Source: a virus
IMG/VR virus record: IMGVR_UViG_3300020057_000029
Location: 91,224-155,223 of that record
Reading direction: 5' to 3' (one strand)
Length of the DNA stretch: 64,000 nucleotides
Shown: positions 46,588 through 55,430 of the stretch, one piece after another
Numbering within the stretch: the stretch's first letter is position 1
Layout of the letters: every line of letters starts with the position of its first letter
Position numbers and translations under genes: made by a program
The notes under the pieces: generated by a model
What the model was told of the DNA's origin: nothing
Databases searched by the model: none
What the model saw: only the letters and a program-made list of their open reading frames with translations

Positions 46588-47529
46588 ATGGCTATTGAAC
46601 AAAAATGGCTCTCTGTACCGCCTCGACTTTTTACAGTCGATGGCAGTAGCTTAGGGATAATTACATTGGCTAACGCTAAGGGCTTTAAGGTAAAGCAATT
46701 AGTTGTCATTTCTGCCGTATCTCTCCCAGATTTAAGACTACAGGTTAAAAGAGTCATCTCTGACAATCAGCTGATTGTAGGTCCAATACCTACTAGGGCT
46801 GGCGAATCTCTTTTGACCAAAAGGTCTGATCTGTCTGCCTACACTGTATCTTTAGGCGCATTTGTATACGCAGAAGAGCAAGAAAAAGCCAAACTAAAAC
46901 CTGATGATATTTGGCAGGCCGTATACGACCAAGAACCCACTGTTGCTGTCAGAACAGTTGGTGTTGACCAATTTGGTCGATATTATGAGACTGACAACCC
47001 TCTTCCAGTTAGATTGTCGGATGGCTCCATCAATATTGGTACCGTCAATGCTGAACTAGAGGTTCAGCTAAGCCACTTAGACAATTCACCAAATCCAGGC
47101 GATGTTCATGATTCTATTAGGATTGGTGGCGCTAGCGGGAATGAACTAGAGGTTCTAGACGACAAGTCTATCAATGTTCACGTTCTTGACACTCCTGTTG
47201 CCAATTCTGGCCTGTCTTGGTCCTACAATGAGGTTTCAGCTATCCCATCGGGCGTAGAAACGACTATCATCACTGTTTTGGGCGCTCCTGTCCAAAAGAG
47301 AATTCAGAAGATAGAGGTGTCAGGAGAGAACGTAGCCGAGATACGTGTAAAAATTGATGGTAGCACCATGTCCAAAAAAAGGCTATGGCACACTAGATTT
47401 GACACAACGTTTGATTTTGAACAATTTGCCAATGGCGTCAAGCTGTTAGCGGGCCAAACACTTACTGTCACCGTGTTACATGGGCGATCTTCTGCAGGAG
47501 ATTTTGAGACAACTGTTTGGTATTTATAA
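46588..47529 (+). CDS. putative fibre/decoration protein
   Basis: NPLPV motif and C-terminal beta-sandwich shared with the 47790 gene. Confidence 0.6.
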   Translation: MAIEQKWLSVPPRLFTVDGSSLGIITLANAKGFKVKQLVVISAVSLPDLRLQVKRVISDNQLIVGPIPTRAGESLLTKRSDLSAYTVSLGAFVYAEEQEKAKLKPDDIWQAVYDQEPTVAVRTVGVDQFGRYYETDNPLPVRLSDGSINIGTVNAELEVQLSHLDNSPNPGDVHDSIRIGGASGNELEVLDDKSINVHVLDTPVANSGLSWSYNEVSAIPSGVETTIITVLGAPVQKRIQKIEVSGENVAEIRVKIDGSTMSKKRLWHTRFDTTFDFEQFANGVKLLAGQTLTVTVLHGRSSAGDFETTVWYL

Positions 47530-47557
47530 GCTTTTTCAACTATAACAAGACACATCA

Positions 47558-47565
47558 CAATCTTT
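47558..47565 (+). promoter_or_regulatory. late promoter box
   Basis: CAATCTTT. Confidence 0.6.
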
Positions 47566-47581
47566 AGAGCAAGGAACAGGC

Positions 47582-47776
47582 ATGAACAAAAATCTAGAAA
47601 TCAAAAAAAGACAAGTAGAAATTTTACGAGTACAAGCAGCTAAAGCTGAGCAAGAACTCAAAATAGAAGAAGCTCATGACCAAATCGAACGTCTTAAAAA
47701 TGCCATGAAGGTTCAAGACGAGAGAGTTTTACAACTTGAAAAAGAACTTGAAGAGCTTAACAAAAGTTCTCAATAA
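47582..47776 (+). CDS. small coiled-coil protein
   Basis: Heptad pattern. Confidence 0.7.
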   Translation: MNKNLEIKKRQVEILRVQAAKAEQELKIEEAHDQIERLKNAMKVQDERVLQLEKELEELNKSSQ

Positions 47777-47789
47777 CGGGAGATAAGAG

Positions 47790-48557
47790 ATGCCAACAGA
47801 TTATAAAAGTGGTTTGCCAGTACGTACAGAATCGGATGGCGCTGATGAACGCTTACACGTAAAAATAGTAGACGGTACTAATCCTGCGGTCAACCAAATG
47901 ACCGTAGATAGTGATCAAAACGCCCACGCAGAAATGCATGGTAATGATCCTTTGGGAGTAGATAGGGTAGTTAGAACTTCCGAATTAGGGGCTTTAACTC
48001 CTGATGGCGTATATGATGCGTCTGATAATACTAAGCCTGGAAACTCTGGTCTTATTGCAAGTGTCAGGGACGCTTCTCCCAGCGATACCACCCAAACACA
48101 GCGAGTTACTGCTGTAACAAATAGCACCAAGCGATTGCTTGACGTTTCCATGCATGATGAAAATGGGGATGCTTTTAGCGCATCTAATCCATTGCCCGTA
48201 ACCAGTGTAGATTCTGAAGGTGACGAGGTAAATGATTATGTTACAGCAACAGTAGCAAAAGATGCCACTTCAGATCACGACTATACTGTTACTGTGGCTA
48301 AAACCCTTAAGCTAAGCCAAATTTGGGCTAGCGCTTCTGGAAAAATGAAAATTGAGGTAAAGGTTGAAACTGCTGTAGCTAGCGGAACCTTTCTGACTAA
48401 ATTTGTTGGTTTCAACTCTACTGCCAATACAAATGTAAACATAGATATTAAGGAAAATATAGCAGTTGCTGCCGGAGTAAGGGTTAGGATTACAAAAACC
48501 AACCTAGACAACCAGCCACAGGATTTGTACAGCACAATTTCTGGACATGAGATTTAA
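47790..48557 (+). CDS. putative fibre/decoration protein
   Basis: NPLPV motif, beta-rich. Confidence 0.6.
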   Translation: MPTDYKSGLPVRTESDGADERLHVKIVDGTNPAVNQMTVDSDQNAHAEMHGNDPLGVDRVVRTSELGALTPDGVYDASDNTKPGNSGLIASVRDASPSDTTQTQRVTAVTNSTKRLLDVSMHDENGDAFSASNPLPVTSVDSEGDEVNDYVTATVAKDATSDHDYTVTVAKTLKLSQIWASASGKMKIEVKVETAVASGTFLTKFVGFNSTANTNVNIDIKENIAVAAGVRVRITKTNLDNQPQDLYSTISGHEI

Positions 48558-48616
48558 TAATTAACTTAAATTAAGGTAGGGGGATCGGGAATAACATCTC
48601 CATTCCCCTTAATTTT

Positions 48617-49030
48617 ATGCCAGATCTGACAGGGAAAGAAGCATCGCAATCAATCAAAATCACTGGCGCGGATAGCGCTGGTGCGGAAACTAATTATGTT
48701 GGCGCTGCTGAAAATGGAAATTTAAAAACTACAGACGGCTTATCTGGAGGCGGGATACAGGGCTCTTTAATACTTACAACGGCTAATACCGCCTATGAAG
48801 CCAAGGTTGGGGGGTCTCCTCTTGCAAATAGAAAAAGTTTAGTCATTACGGCCATAGATGCAAATATGTTTTGGGGATATACTAACGGAGTAACAACTAG
48901 CAACGGACAGCCTCTTCAAAAGGGCAGAAGTATAATTTTCTCCATCGACCCAACAACAGCGAACACCTTCAAGATATGGGTGGTGTGCGGAAGTTCTGGA
49001 AAACAAATTAATGTTGCGGAGTCTCCGTAA
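48617..49030 (+). CDS. putative virion beta-sandwich protein
   Basis: G/S/T-rich, NRKSL motif. Confidence 0.6.
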   Translation: MPDLTGKEASQSIKITGADSAGAETNYVGAAENGNLKTTDGLSGGGIQGSLILTTANTAYEAKVGGSPLANRKSLVITAIDANMFWGYTNGVTTSNGQPLQKGRSIIFSIDPTTANTFKIWVVCGSSGKQINVAESP

Positions 49031-49617
49031 TGCCTAAAAGTTCACAGATAGGCATAACGGACGTTGCCAGCTCTATTCCGTTCGACAATTCTACTAATGG
49101 CTTTGCAGCTACAGACGTACAAACCGCTATTGAAGAAGTTAGAACTTCTTTTAATGGGAAGGGTTATCAGCTAACTTTCGTTGCAAACGGAACCGCAACA
49201 AATACCTGGTTGAGTCAAGAAGACGCGAACGTACCGTCTAGTGCAAGTCCTGCAATGGTAGCCTATAAATCAAGATTAGTAGGAATAACATTTGTCAACA
49301 ACAATGTCAATGTGAATACGATAATAAGAATAGCTATATCTAATAAGGCCACCACGAATAATACAATAAATAGGGCTTACAAATGGACCTTGGATAATGT
49401 CAGGACGGCATCGAAAACAGATGACCAATTAGGATTCACGTTGGAGGCTGGAGATAAGGTTGGAGTTTATATGGAAGACACTGGCGGTAACCCTTCGGAC
49501 GTGGTTATTGTAATGCATTTTATTGTTACAGATGCGACTTCTCAATCTATAACAGGAAACCATAGTGGTAATTTTTCTAGTGGTGGTTTTCCTGCTCTTA
49601 CAGAAATCTTTACTTAG
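49030..49617 (+). CDS. putative virion protein
   Basis: ATDVQTAIEEV fibre-type motif. Confidence 0.6.
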   Translation: MPKSSQIGITDVASSIPFDNSTNGFAATDVQTAIEEVRTSFNGKGYQLTFVANGTATNTWLSQEDANVPSSASPAMVAYKSRLVGITFVNNNVNVNTIIRIAISNKATTNNTINRAYKWTLDNVRTASKTDDQLGFTLEAGDKVGVYMEDTGGNPSDVVIVMHFIVTDATSQSITGNHSGNFSSGGFPALTEIFT

Positions 49618-49626
49618 GGAACCATT

Positions 49627-50424
49627 ATGATCAAGTATATAAAGAATGCTACACAAAATACAATAACCTATCTAGGACAAGATATTTTTACCGGATCTTA
49701 TTATGAGATACCTGCTGCTAAAGAATTAGCACTATCTAACAACTCAGCTTTATTGACAGATATCGCTAATGGCATCGCAGTAATATCAAAAACAGATGAT
49801 AGCAGTGGAAACATAACGGATATTTCTACTGCTATAAATTATCTTAAAAACATAGATTCTTCTCAAAGAGACTCGGATGGAGCAGTTCTTTCTAGGGCAA
49901 AAATAACCACAACAGGATGGCATTACCAGATTCAAGGTGTTGAATTTGAAACCAGCAAATTAGACTCATTGCACTCTAAAAAAGCTGATAATTCTGATTA
50001 TGGTTTTACTGTTATGAAGTTCCATGAATTGATAAGTGGTGTGGAAACAGAAATCACTGGTAACAATTTAAACCAACAATATCTTGATGCAAATTGTATT
50101 AAAACCCTTATGGATTGGGAAACAAATTATGATATCGAAATACTTGGCGGTATGCTAAAACAAGCAACAGCAACTACCGAGGACATAAGATTGTGGGTAA
50201 TAGGCGTTCCAGATGTTCCAGAAGCATATGGGGGATCAAAATCTTTTGTTACAAACGTTAATTTAAAATATCTAGATGGTACCGGAGTAAAAGTTGACGG
50301 TAAAACTGCAAAATATTTAACATATAGTGCTCAAAATCATACGAGCAAGATTAGACTTATTTTTAGGCACCCAGTGGGATGCAATCATAAGCTTTTGATG
50401 ATTTTTGAACTTTTCAAGGCGTAG
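49627..50424 (+). CDS. putative virion protein
   Basis: Operon context. Confidence 0.6.
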   Translation: MIKYIKNATQNTITYLGQDIFTGSYYEIPAAKELALSNNSALLTDIANGIAVISKTDDSSGNITDISTAINYLKNIDSSQRDSDGAVLSRAKITTTGWHYQIQGVEFETSKLDSLHSKKADNSDYGFTVMKFHELISGVETEITGNNLNQQYLDANCIKTLMDWETNYDIEILGGMLKQATATTEDIRLWVIGVPDVPEAYGGSKSFVTNVNLKYLDGTGVKVDGKTAKYLTYSAQNHTSKIRLIFRHPVGCNHKLLMIFELFKA

Positions 50425-50426
50425 CC

Positions 50427-50933
50427 ATGCAAAAACTCATTGTGGGTTTTAGCAAACCAAAATCAAGATACGCTATTGGTAGTTACCTTATAAGGGCCGC
50501 AGAGCGATCTTCCTATTCACACGTTTTCTTGCGATGGTATTCCAACAGTCTAGAACGTGACATGGTGTACCAAGCTAGTCATGGAATGGTGCATTTTGTT
50601 TCTGGAGAAAGATTTGATAGAGATGCGGAAACCGTCACGTCTTACGAGGTTGACCTAGCGGAAGAAGAGCTGAGAGAGGTTGTAAAAAAATGCGTAGATC
50701 TAGCTGGTACAAAATACGGAACACTGGCCCTGATAGGTATGGCCTTTGAGAGAGTCACTGGAATCAAGAGTCCTTTCAGAGATAGGGATAGAACTTTTGT
50801 GTGCAGTGAGCTCGTCGGTGAAGTTCTCAGGCAAACCGGTATAGCAGATGTGGCAATAGACTTAGAACTTGCAGGGCCTAAAAAACTAGAATCTGCAATT
50901 GCTTCTATTTCAAGGTTTCGCTATCGTAGCTGA
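50427..50933 (+). CDS. permuted papain-like (YiiX/YaeF, NlpC/P60) amidase
   Basis: YSHV precedes GTKYG and FVCSELV. Confidence 0.8.
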   Translation: MQKLIVGFSKPKSRYAIGSYLIRAAERSSYSHVFLRWYSNSLERDMVYQASHGMVHFVSGERFDRDAETVTSYEVDLAEEELREVVKKCVDLAGTKYGTLALIGMAFERVTGIKSPFRDRDRTFVCSELVGEVLRQTGIADVAIDLELAGPKKLESAIASISRFRYRS

Positions 50934-51307
50934 CCAGCACCCCATACGGCGGCACCTGTAACTACAACGCCTAGGCCAAACATAACCCAACTATTTTTAG
51001 CCTGAAGAGAATCGATTTTATTCAAACGGTCCTCCAACCTGTAAGTAGTGTTCATCCAGAGCTCTAAACGTTCATTTGATTTAGACAGGGCTAGGTCTTT
51101 GAGCTCAATAGATCTGTTTAGTAGCGCTACCTGTTGGGTAGCGATCTCAAGATCCTGCTTCATCTCGCCTACCTTTATGTGACATTCTTTTGAATAGGCT
51201 CTGCGTCCATCCGGCAATGTTTCAATATCGGTCTTGAAATTACATTCAGCAAAAGCGGTGGTGGAAATCATACACATTGCCAAAATCATAGTTAATAGTT
51301 TTTTCAC
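50921..51307 (-). CDS. exported coiled-coil protein with C-terminal TM helix (lysis/spanin-like candidate)
   Basis: Signal peptide ending AFA; C-terminal WVMFGLGVVVTGAAVWG. Confidence 0.65.
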   Translation of the reverse strand: MKKLLTMILAMCMISTTAFAECNFKTDIETLPDGRRAYSKECHIKVGEMKQDLEIATQQVALLNRSIELKDLALSKSNERLELWMNTTYRLEDRLNKIDSLQAKNSWVMFGLGVVVTGAAVWGAGQLR

Positions 51308-51585
51308 GATTTATTCCAATCTTCGCCAACCGTAGGCTTATTTTTACTTAAAGCTGCGGCTTGTTTGCGGAGCTCTTCTGCAGCAGCACTGGCAGCGGCT
51401 TGCTCCTGTGCCAATTCCTTGTCTTTCTGTTCAGTTTCGATTGCGATCTTGCGACTATCATTTACAAGCAAATCGATCAATACTGACCTAAACTTGTAAG
51501 CAACTATAGCCAATCCCAATGGAACGACCAATAGCCAAAATGCTAGTCGATTGTTTCGCCACAAAGATTTTAGTTTTTCATCCAT
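51304..51585 (-). CDS. N-terminal TM + coiled-coil protein (i-spanin-like candidate)
   Basis: FWLLVVPLGLAIVAY then coiled coil. Confidence 0.6.
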   Translation of the reverse strand: MDEKLKSLWRNNRLAFWLLVVPLGLAIVAYKFRSVLIDLLVNDSRKIAIETEQKDKELAQEQAAASAAAEELRKQAAALSKNKPTVGEDWNKS

Positions 51586-51607
51586 TTTATCCCCAAACTT
51601 TCTTCAT

Positions 51608-51652
51608 CTAATTTTCACGCAAGGAAACCCCCTTTAGGGAGGGGTTATTTAC
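51608..51652 (-). mobile_element. collapsed IS200/IS605 (IscB-type) element: two ends fused, 45 bp
   Basis: GTAAATAACCCCTCCCTAAAGGGGGTTTCCTTGCGTGAAAATTAG followed by ATGAA. Confidence 0.6.
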
Positions 51653-51939
51653 TTTAAGTCCAATTCTTTCTCATCGTTAGATTCATCTGTATCAGCAAGG
51701 GCTGTTGGTTCTGTTGGGGTTTCTTTGCCCATTACAGCACTTACTGTCCTAACTATGTGTTCTACGCCGTTTGCAGCGAAAAACGAGATGGTAGTGCCTT
51801 TAAGCAGGTCTACGAACTGATTTCCATCCAAATAGCCTTTTACTCGAAAAACAATTCCCACGGCAAAAAGAGCCAGCATTAGCAAGAACTTACGGAATCC
51901 GAAAATTAGATTAAAGATTTCAGCTACTTTCTGTTTCAC
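51649..51939 (-). CDS. holin-like membrane protein
   Basis: RKFLLMLALFAVGIVF TM segment, second hydrophobic segment, charged tail. Confidence 0.55.
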   Translation of the reverse strand: MKQKVAEIFNLIFGFRKFLLMLALFAVGIVFRVKGYLDGNQFVDLLKGTTISFFAANGVEHIVRTVSAVMGKETPTEPTALADTDESNDEKELDLK

Positions 51940-51975
51940 AATGATCCCTCTATTGGCTTATATCACATAATGCTG

Positions 51976-51983
51976 TAATCTTA
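51976..51983 (+). promoter_or_regulatory. late promoter box
   Basis: TAATCTTA. Confidence 0.65.
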
Positions 51984-52005
51984 TAATACAAATGGAGATA
52001 TTCTT

Positions 52006-52377
52006 GTGATTAACGAAACAAACAGTTTGGTGACTCTGGCTGGCCTGGTCATTACCCTTGGTACAGCCCTTTTAACGATCATGAAGGTCAACAGGACTGT
52101 AAAAAAGGATAAAGAAGAGCAAGAGGCCAAGATTCTGCAGCAAGCCAAGGAAGAGGATGAGCTTATTCGTACACAGTTTGAGGCCAAAATCTATTCTCAA
52201 GAGCAAAAACTTGAGAATCTTAGAGAGTCATTTGTTAAGGATATCGAGCACTTGCGCGAAAATCATAGTGGTCAAATCTCTAATTTAGGTGAAAAAATTG
52301 AACAATTGCGAGATGAGCTTCGTACTCAACATGGTCAAATGGTCGTACTGCTCAGCAAATTAATAGACAATCGTTAA
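52006..52377 (+). CDS. TM + coiled-coil protein
   Basis: LVTLAGLVITLGTALLTI; GGAG RBS. Confidence 0.7.
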   Translation: MINETNSLVTLAGLVITLGTALLTIMKVNRTVKKDKEEQEAKILQQAKEEDELIRTQFEAKIYSQEQKLENLRESFVKDIEHLRENHSGQISNLGEKIEQLRDELRTQHGQMVVLLSKLIDNR

Positions 52378-52616
52378 AGACACTTACAAGAATCGTGCAT
52401 TAGCTTTTGGAAGTTTTTGTTTTCTAGGGCTGTTTTCTTATTCCAGTACTTTTTACCCTTCAAAAAGATCAGTTTACACTGCTTATCGCAGAATTGCATT
52501 TTAGTGCCTTTCATCTTGCTTATGAAATGCCCCCCATGGCCTTCTACGACCGTGAACAAAGGGCCTATACAGCGTTTACAGCGGTCGCAGATGTCTTTAC
52601 CTAGCTTATGCGCCAT
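52374..52616 (-). CDS. small Zn-finger protein
   Basis: CDRC...FCDKQC. Confidence 0.55.
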   Translation of the reverse strand: MAHKLGKDICDRCKRCIGPLFTVVEGHGGHFISKMKGTKMQFCDKQCKLIFLKGKKYWNKKTALENKNFQKLMHDSCKCL

Positions 52617-52697
52617 ATCAGTGTCCAGCCCGTCTGTGGCGATTATAGAGATCCACAGAGCTAGACGGCCACCTAAGAAGCATTTCGTCTAAGACAC

Positions 52698-52991
52698 TCA
52701 TCCTTTTCTCAGCACAAAACCAGCTTCTTCAGCTTCTTTTTTAGCAAGAACTGTGCCGCCGCGTTCGCCTTCAAGGGCTGTACGTTTATAGTCGATATGC
52801 TTGAAATACACAAAGCCGCCCTTTGGCACCTCGATCTTATACACAACACTAGTTTCAGGATCTTGGAACATTGCTCCAACACCTAAGGCTTGCATTGCAG
52901 CCTCAAGATGTTCACGCACAGTGTTAGTTTCTTTCTGCTTTGCTTCCAAATCTTTGGCTAGAGTCAAAAATGTCTGTTGTTCATTGGTCAT
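52698..52991 (-). CDS. hypothetical protein
   Basis: ORF coupling. Confidence 0.7.
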   Translation of the reverse strand: MTNEQQTFLTLAKDLEAKQKETNTVREHLEAAMQALGVGAMFQDPETSVVYKIEVPKGGFVYFKHIDYKRTALEGERGGTVLAKKEAEEAGFVLRKG

Positions 52992-53242
52992 TAGCTTACC
53001 CTCTGTTTTTTTCTGCTGTTATATGAAAATAAAAACTTCCTAAACACCCCAAAATGTAAGGTGTCGTGATCAGTATTCTCAGGCTTGCACATCTCAGCAA
53101 CTGCCTGATCAAGCTGAGTAGCGTCGAATTTGAATTCCTGTAAACAAATCTTTATCACATTTTTGAAGCTACCATGGAATACCGCTTTAACGCCTACCAC
53201 CAAGGTCCATTCACCATTATCGCTATTGATCAATTCGTACAT
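52991..53242 (-). CDS. hypothetical protein
   Basis: GGAG RBS, promoter upstream. Confidence 0.7.
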   Translation of the reverse strand: MYELINSDNGEWTLVVGVKAVFHGSFKNVIKICLQEFKFDATQLDQAVAEMCKPENTDHDTLHFGVFRKFLFSYNSRKKQRVS

Positions 53243-53259
53243 AAATTCTCCATAAAATA

Positions 53260-53288
53260 AGTATCTCCTATTTTTTATTACTAGTCAA
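53260..53288 (-). promoter_or_regulatory. sigma70-type promoter
   Basis: TTGACT-N17-GATACT. Confidence 0.55.
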
Positions 53289-53348
53289 GCACTATGAGCC
53301 AAAAAGAAGCGTAATGATTTCAATAACTTACATAATAAATTAAAAAAA

Positions 53349-53382
53349 TTTGTATTTTCTTTGTATTTTCTTTGTATTTTTC
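53349..53382 (+). repeat. 11-bp tandem repeat TTTGTATTTTC x3 in an AT-rich intergenic region
   Basis: Direct reading. Confidence 0.85.
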
Positions 53383-53608
53383 TTGTTTTGTATGATATTC
53401 ACTACGCAGTAGTACTAAGTTTAGGTAAGTTCCATACAGCTTCGCTGCATAGCTAAATTATAGCTAATTAAATAACCAAAAGCCATACTTCGTTCAAAAA
53501 ACAATGTTGATTAAAACAGTATGAATTGATCTTACTTTTGGTGCAAAACTTTTATATATAAAATCATCAAAGACCTGATAAGTATACTGGGTAGACAAAA
53601 AGGTAAAT

Positions 53609-54130
53609 ATGGCAAAAAAAGTAAAAAAAGCAGAACGAGCAGATATCAAGATTGAAGGCAATATTTCTGTCTGGACTTTTCGCATGGAAGGCTTGATTCA
53701 CGGTACTTATGCCGGACAATTCAGGTTCCGTTGTGTTTTGGCTCCTACTCAAAGAATATCGGCCAATGCTAAATATCGAGCCATGCTTGGTGCTAATCCA
53801 ACATTGGCGGGCGAACATGAATCCGCCTTGGCCTATGCTTTAACACAGCTCGAAGTTCGCGTAATTGAAGCACCCCCGTTCTGGACTGCGACTGTACCAA
53901 AGTCAGGAGAAGCTGGCGATTTAGAAGATGACAATATTATCATGGCAGCTTTAGATGCCGCAATTGCTTCAGAAGTAATGTACCGCGACAGTCTGGCAAA
54001 TCGCAAAGAAGAGGCTATCAAAAAATCACGTAAAGCTGCTGACAAACTTTTAGAAGAAGAAGAAGTAGAGAAAAAAGCCGAAGAGGATGAAGATGAAGAT
54101 CAGGATGAAGAGACTGTTGATAAATCCTGA
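53609..54130 (+). CDS. putative tail assembly chaperone
   Basis: G.F.FR...LEVRVIEAPPFW...D.NII pattern typical of myovirus tail chaperones. Confidence 0.5.
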   Translation: MAKKVKKAERADIKIEGNISVWTFRMEGLIHGTYAGQFRFRCVLAPTQRISANAKYRAMLGANPTLAGEHESALAYALTQLEVRVIEAPPFWTATVPKSGEAGDLEDDNIIMAALDAAIASEVMYRDSLANRKEEAIKKSRKAADKLLEEEEVEKKAEEDEDEDQDEETVDKS

Positions 54131-54332
54131 AAAGTTTCTGCACATCATGTGTAGAGATACGGCTTGGCGTGTTCACGTAGGTGTACCAAAAACCGCTCGT
54201 TTGCGTACCTGTATGCAAGATCCACATACAGGAAACATTGTTTTGTTTATCGAGGACGATTCCTTTCCAGAAATTGACGCCCATTCTGAAGTAGCCCCAA
54301 TTCTTGAAACTGAATTTCGTAAAATCGTATGA
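54087..54332 (+). CDS. hypothetical protein
   Basis: ORF track; ATGA coupling downstream. Confidence 0.55.
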   Translation: MKMKIRMKRLLINPEKFLHIMCRDTAWRVHVGVPKTARLRTCMQDPHTGNIVLFIEDDSFPEIDAHSEVAPILETEFRKIV

Positions 54333-54814
54333 TAGATTTTAATGAGTTCTTAGGAACATTGCAGGCAGAAGCCTTGTCGGATAAATTTCAGCCCACCCAA
54401 ACATCGGTCTGGGAGAGCATTTGTCGCCAATATTCTAAGAAGTTTTTTACTCCACTACATGTCGTTCTGAAGATGGACCCAGAGTTTGTCGTGCGTCAGA
54501 ACTATGCTGATCAAATGGATGAAGCTAATTTCGACGACCATCTTGAGAATTTTATTGACCTGCTCAAACATCTAGAAGATCCTGAATACGATGCTGATAC
54601 TGAGAAGGATTTGAAAAATTTTATTGCTCAAGCCGAGGCCGAAGAAGAAGATCGCAAATCCAAAGGTTTGCCTCTTAGCTCAATCTTTCGCAAGGGCCAT
54701 AAGATCAGCAAGGTTAAAAAGAAGGCTGAAAAAGTTGTTCAGCAGGAAGTTGATCAACCCAAGTCTGGCAGTATTGACCTTTCGCACCTTGGCGATGACG
54801 AAAATGAACGCTAA
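54329..54814 (+). CDS. hypothetical (possible second tail chaperone)
   Basis: ICRQYSKKFFTPL; acidic. Confidence 0.5.
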   Translation: MIDFNEFLGTLQAEALSDKFQPTQTSVWESICRQYSKKFFTPLHVVLKMDPEFVVRQNYADQMDEANFDDHLENFIDLLKHLEDPEYDADTEKDLKNFIAQAEAEEEDRKSKGLPLSSIFRKGHKISKVKKKAEKVVQQEVDQPKSGSIDLSHLGDDENER

Positions 54815-54844
54815 CAGCCCTTGGATTACTGATTGCGTAGCGCT

Positions 54845-55054
54845 TTATCCCAATTTCTTTTTGGCTCCATAATAAAATACTGGATGCGATCCGTCAAGAT
54901 ATTCTTCTTGAGCATCAGGTCTGTGAATCTCTAGGTGGCCCCTGACAAGGTTAAAGATGTCACCCCATTGACAGTCATGATCGTCCACGAGTTCATCCAG
55001 CACCGTTTCCAGGCTTAACAAGGTATCGCCAAGTCTCTTTTTCTTTTTGCTCAT
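54845..55054 (-). CDS. hypothetical protein
   Basis: Early-region small gene. Confidence 0.65.
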   Translation of the reverse strand: MSKKKKRLGDTLLSLETVLDELVDDHDCQWGDIFNLVRGHLEIHRPDAQEEYLDGSHPVFYYGAKKKLG

Positions 55055-55079
55055 CTAGTTTTCCTTCCAAGCTCCTACT

Positions 55080-55430
55080 TTAGGGATCTGTTGATAGATT
55101 CGTATTGAACTGTTCAAAATGGTTAAGCAATTCGTTTACGGCCAATGCCTGATCAAGAAGAAGTCTTTTGAAATCAAAATTTTTAATTTCATTGACAAGC
55201 TTTAAGCGCATTCTTTCTTCTATCATCTCTTTTGTGAGAGGTTCAATTCGACCAAGAGACCCATAACCATGCTTGTCAAAAGTGGTTTCGTATCCGTTGA
55301 TATTGGCTACTACAATTTTGCCAGTGGGGGTGATCTTTTCTACAATACCAATCGTCCAATCACCTCTGTTGGAGATGGCAACTTTGTTGCCTTTGTTTAA
55401 ACTCTTAAGGAATTCTCCGTGATTTTTCAT
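55080..55430 (-). CDS. hypothetical (SH3-like barrel)
   Basis: LNKGNKVAI...VEKITPTGKIVV. Confidence 0.65.
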   Translation of the reverse strand: MKNHGEFLKSLNKGNKVAISNRGDWTIGIVEKITPTGKIVVANINGYETTFDKHGYGSLGRIEPLTKEMIEERMRLKLVNEIKNFDFKRLLLDQALAVNELLNHFEQFNTNLSTDP

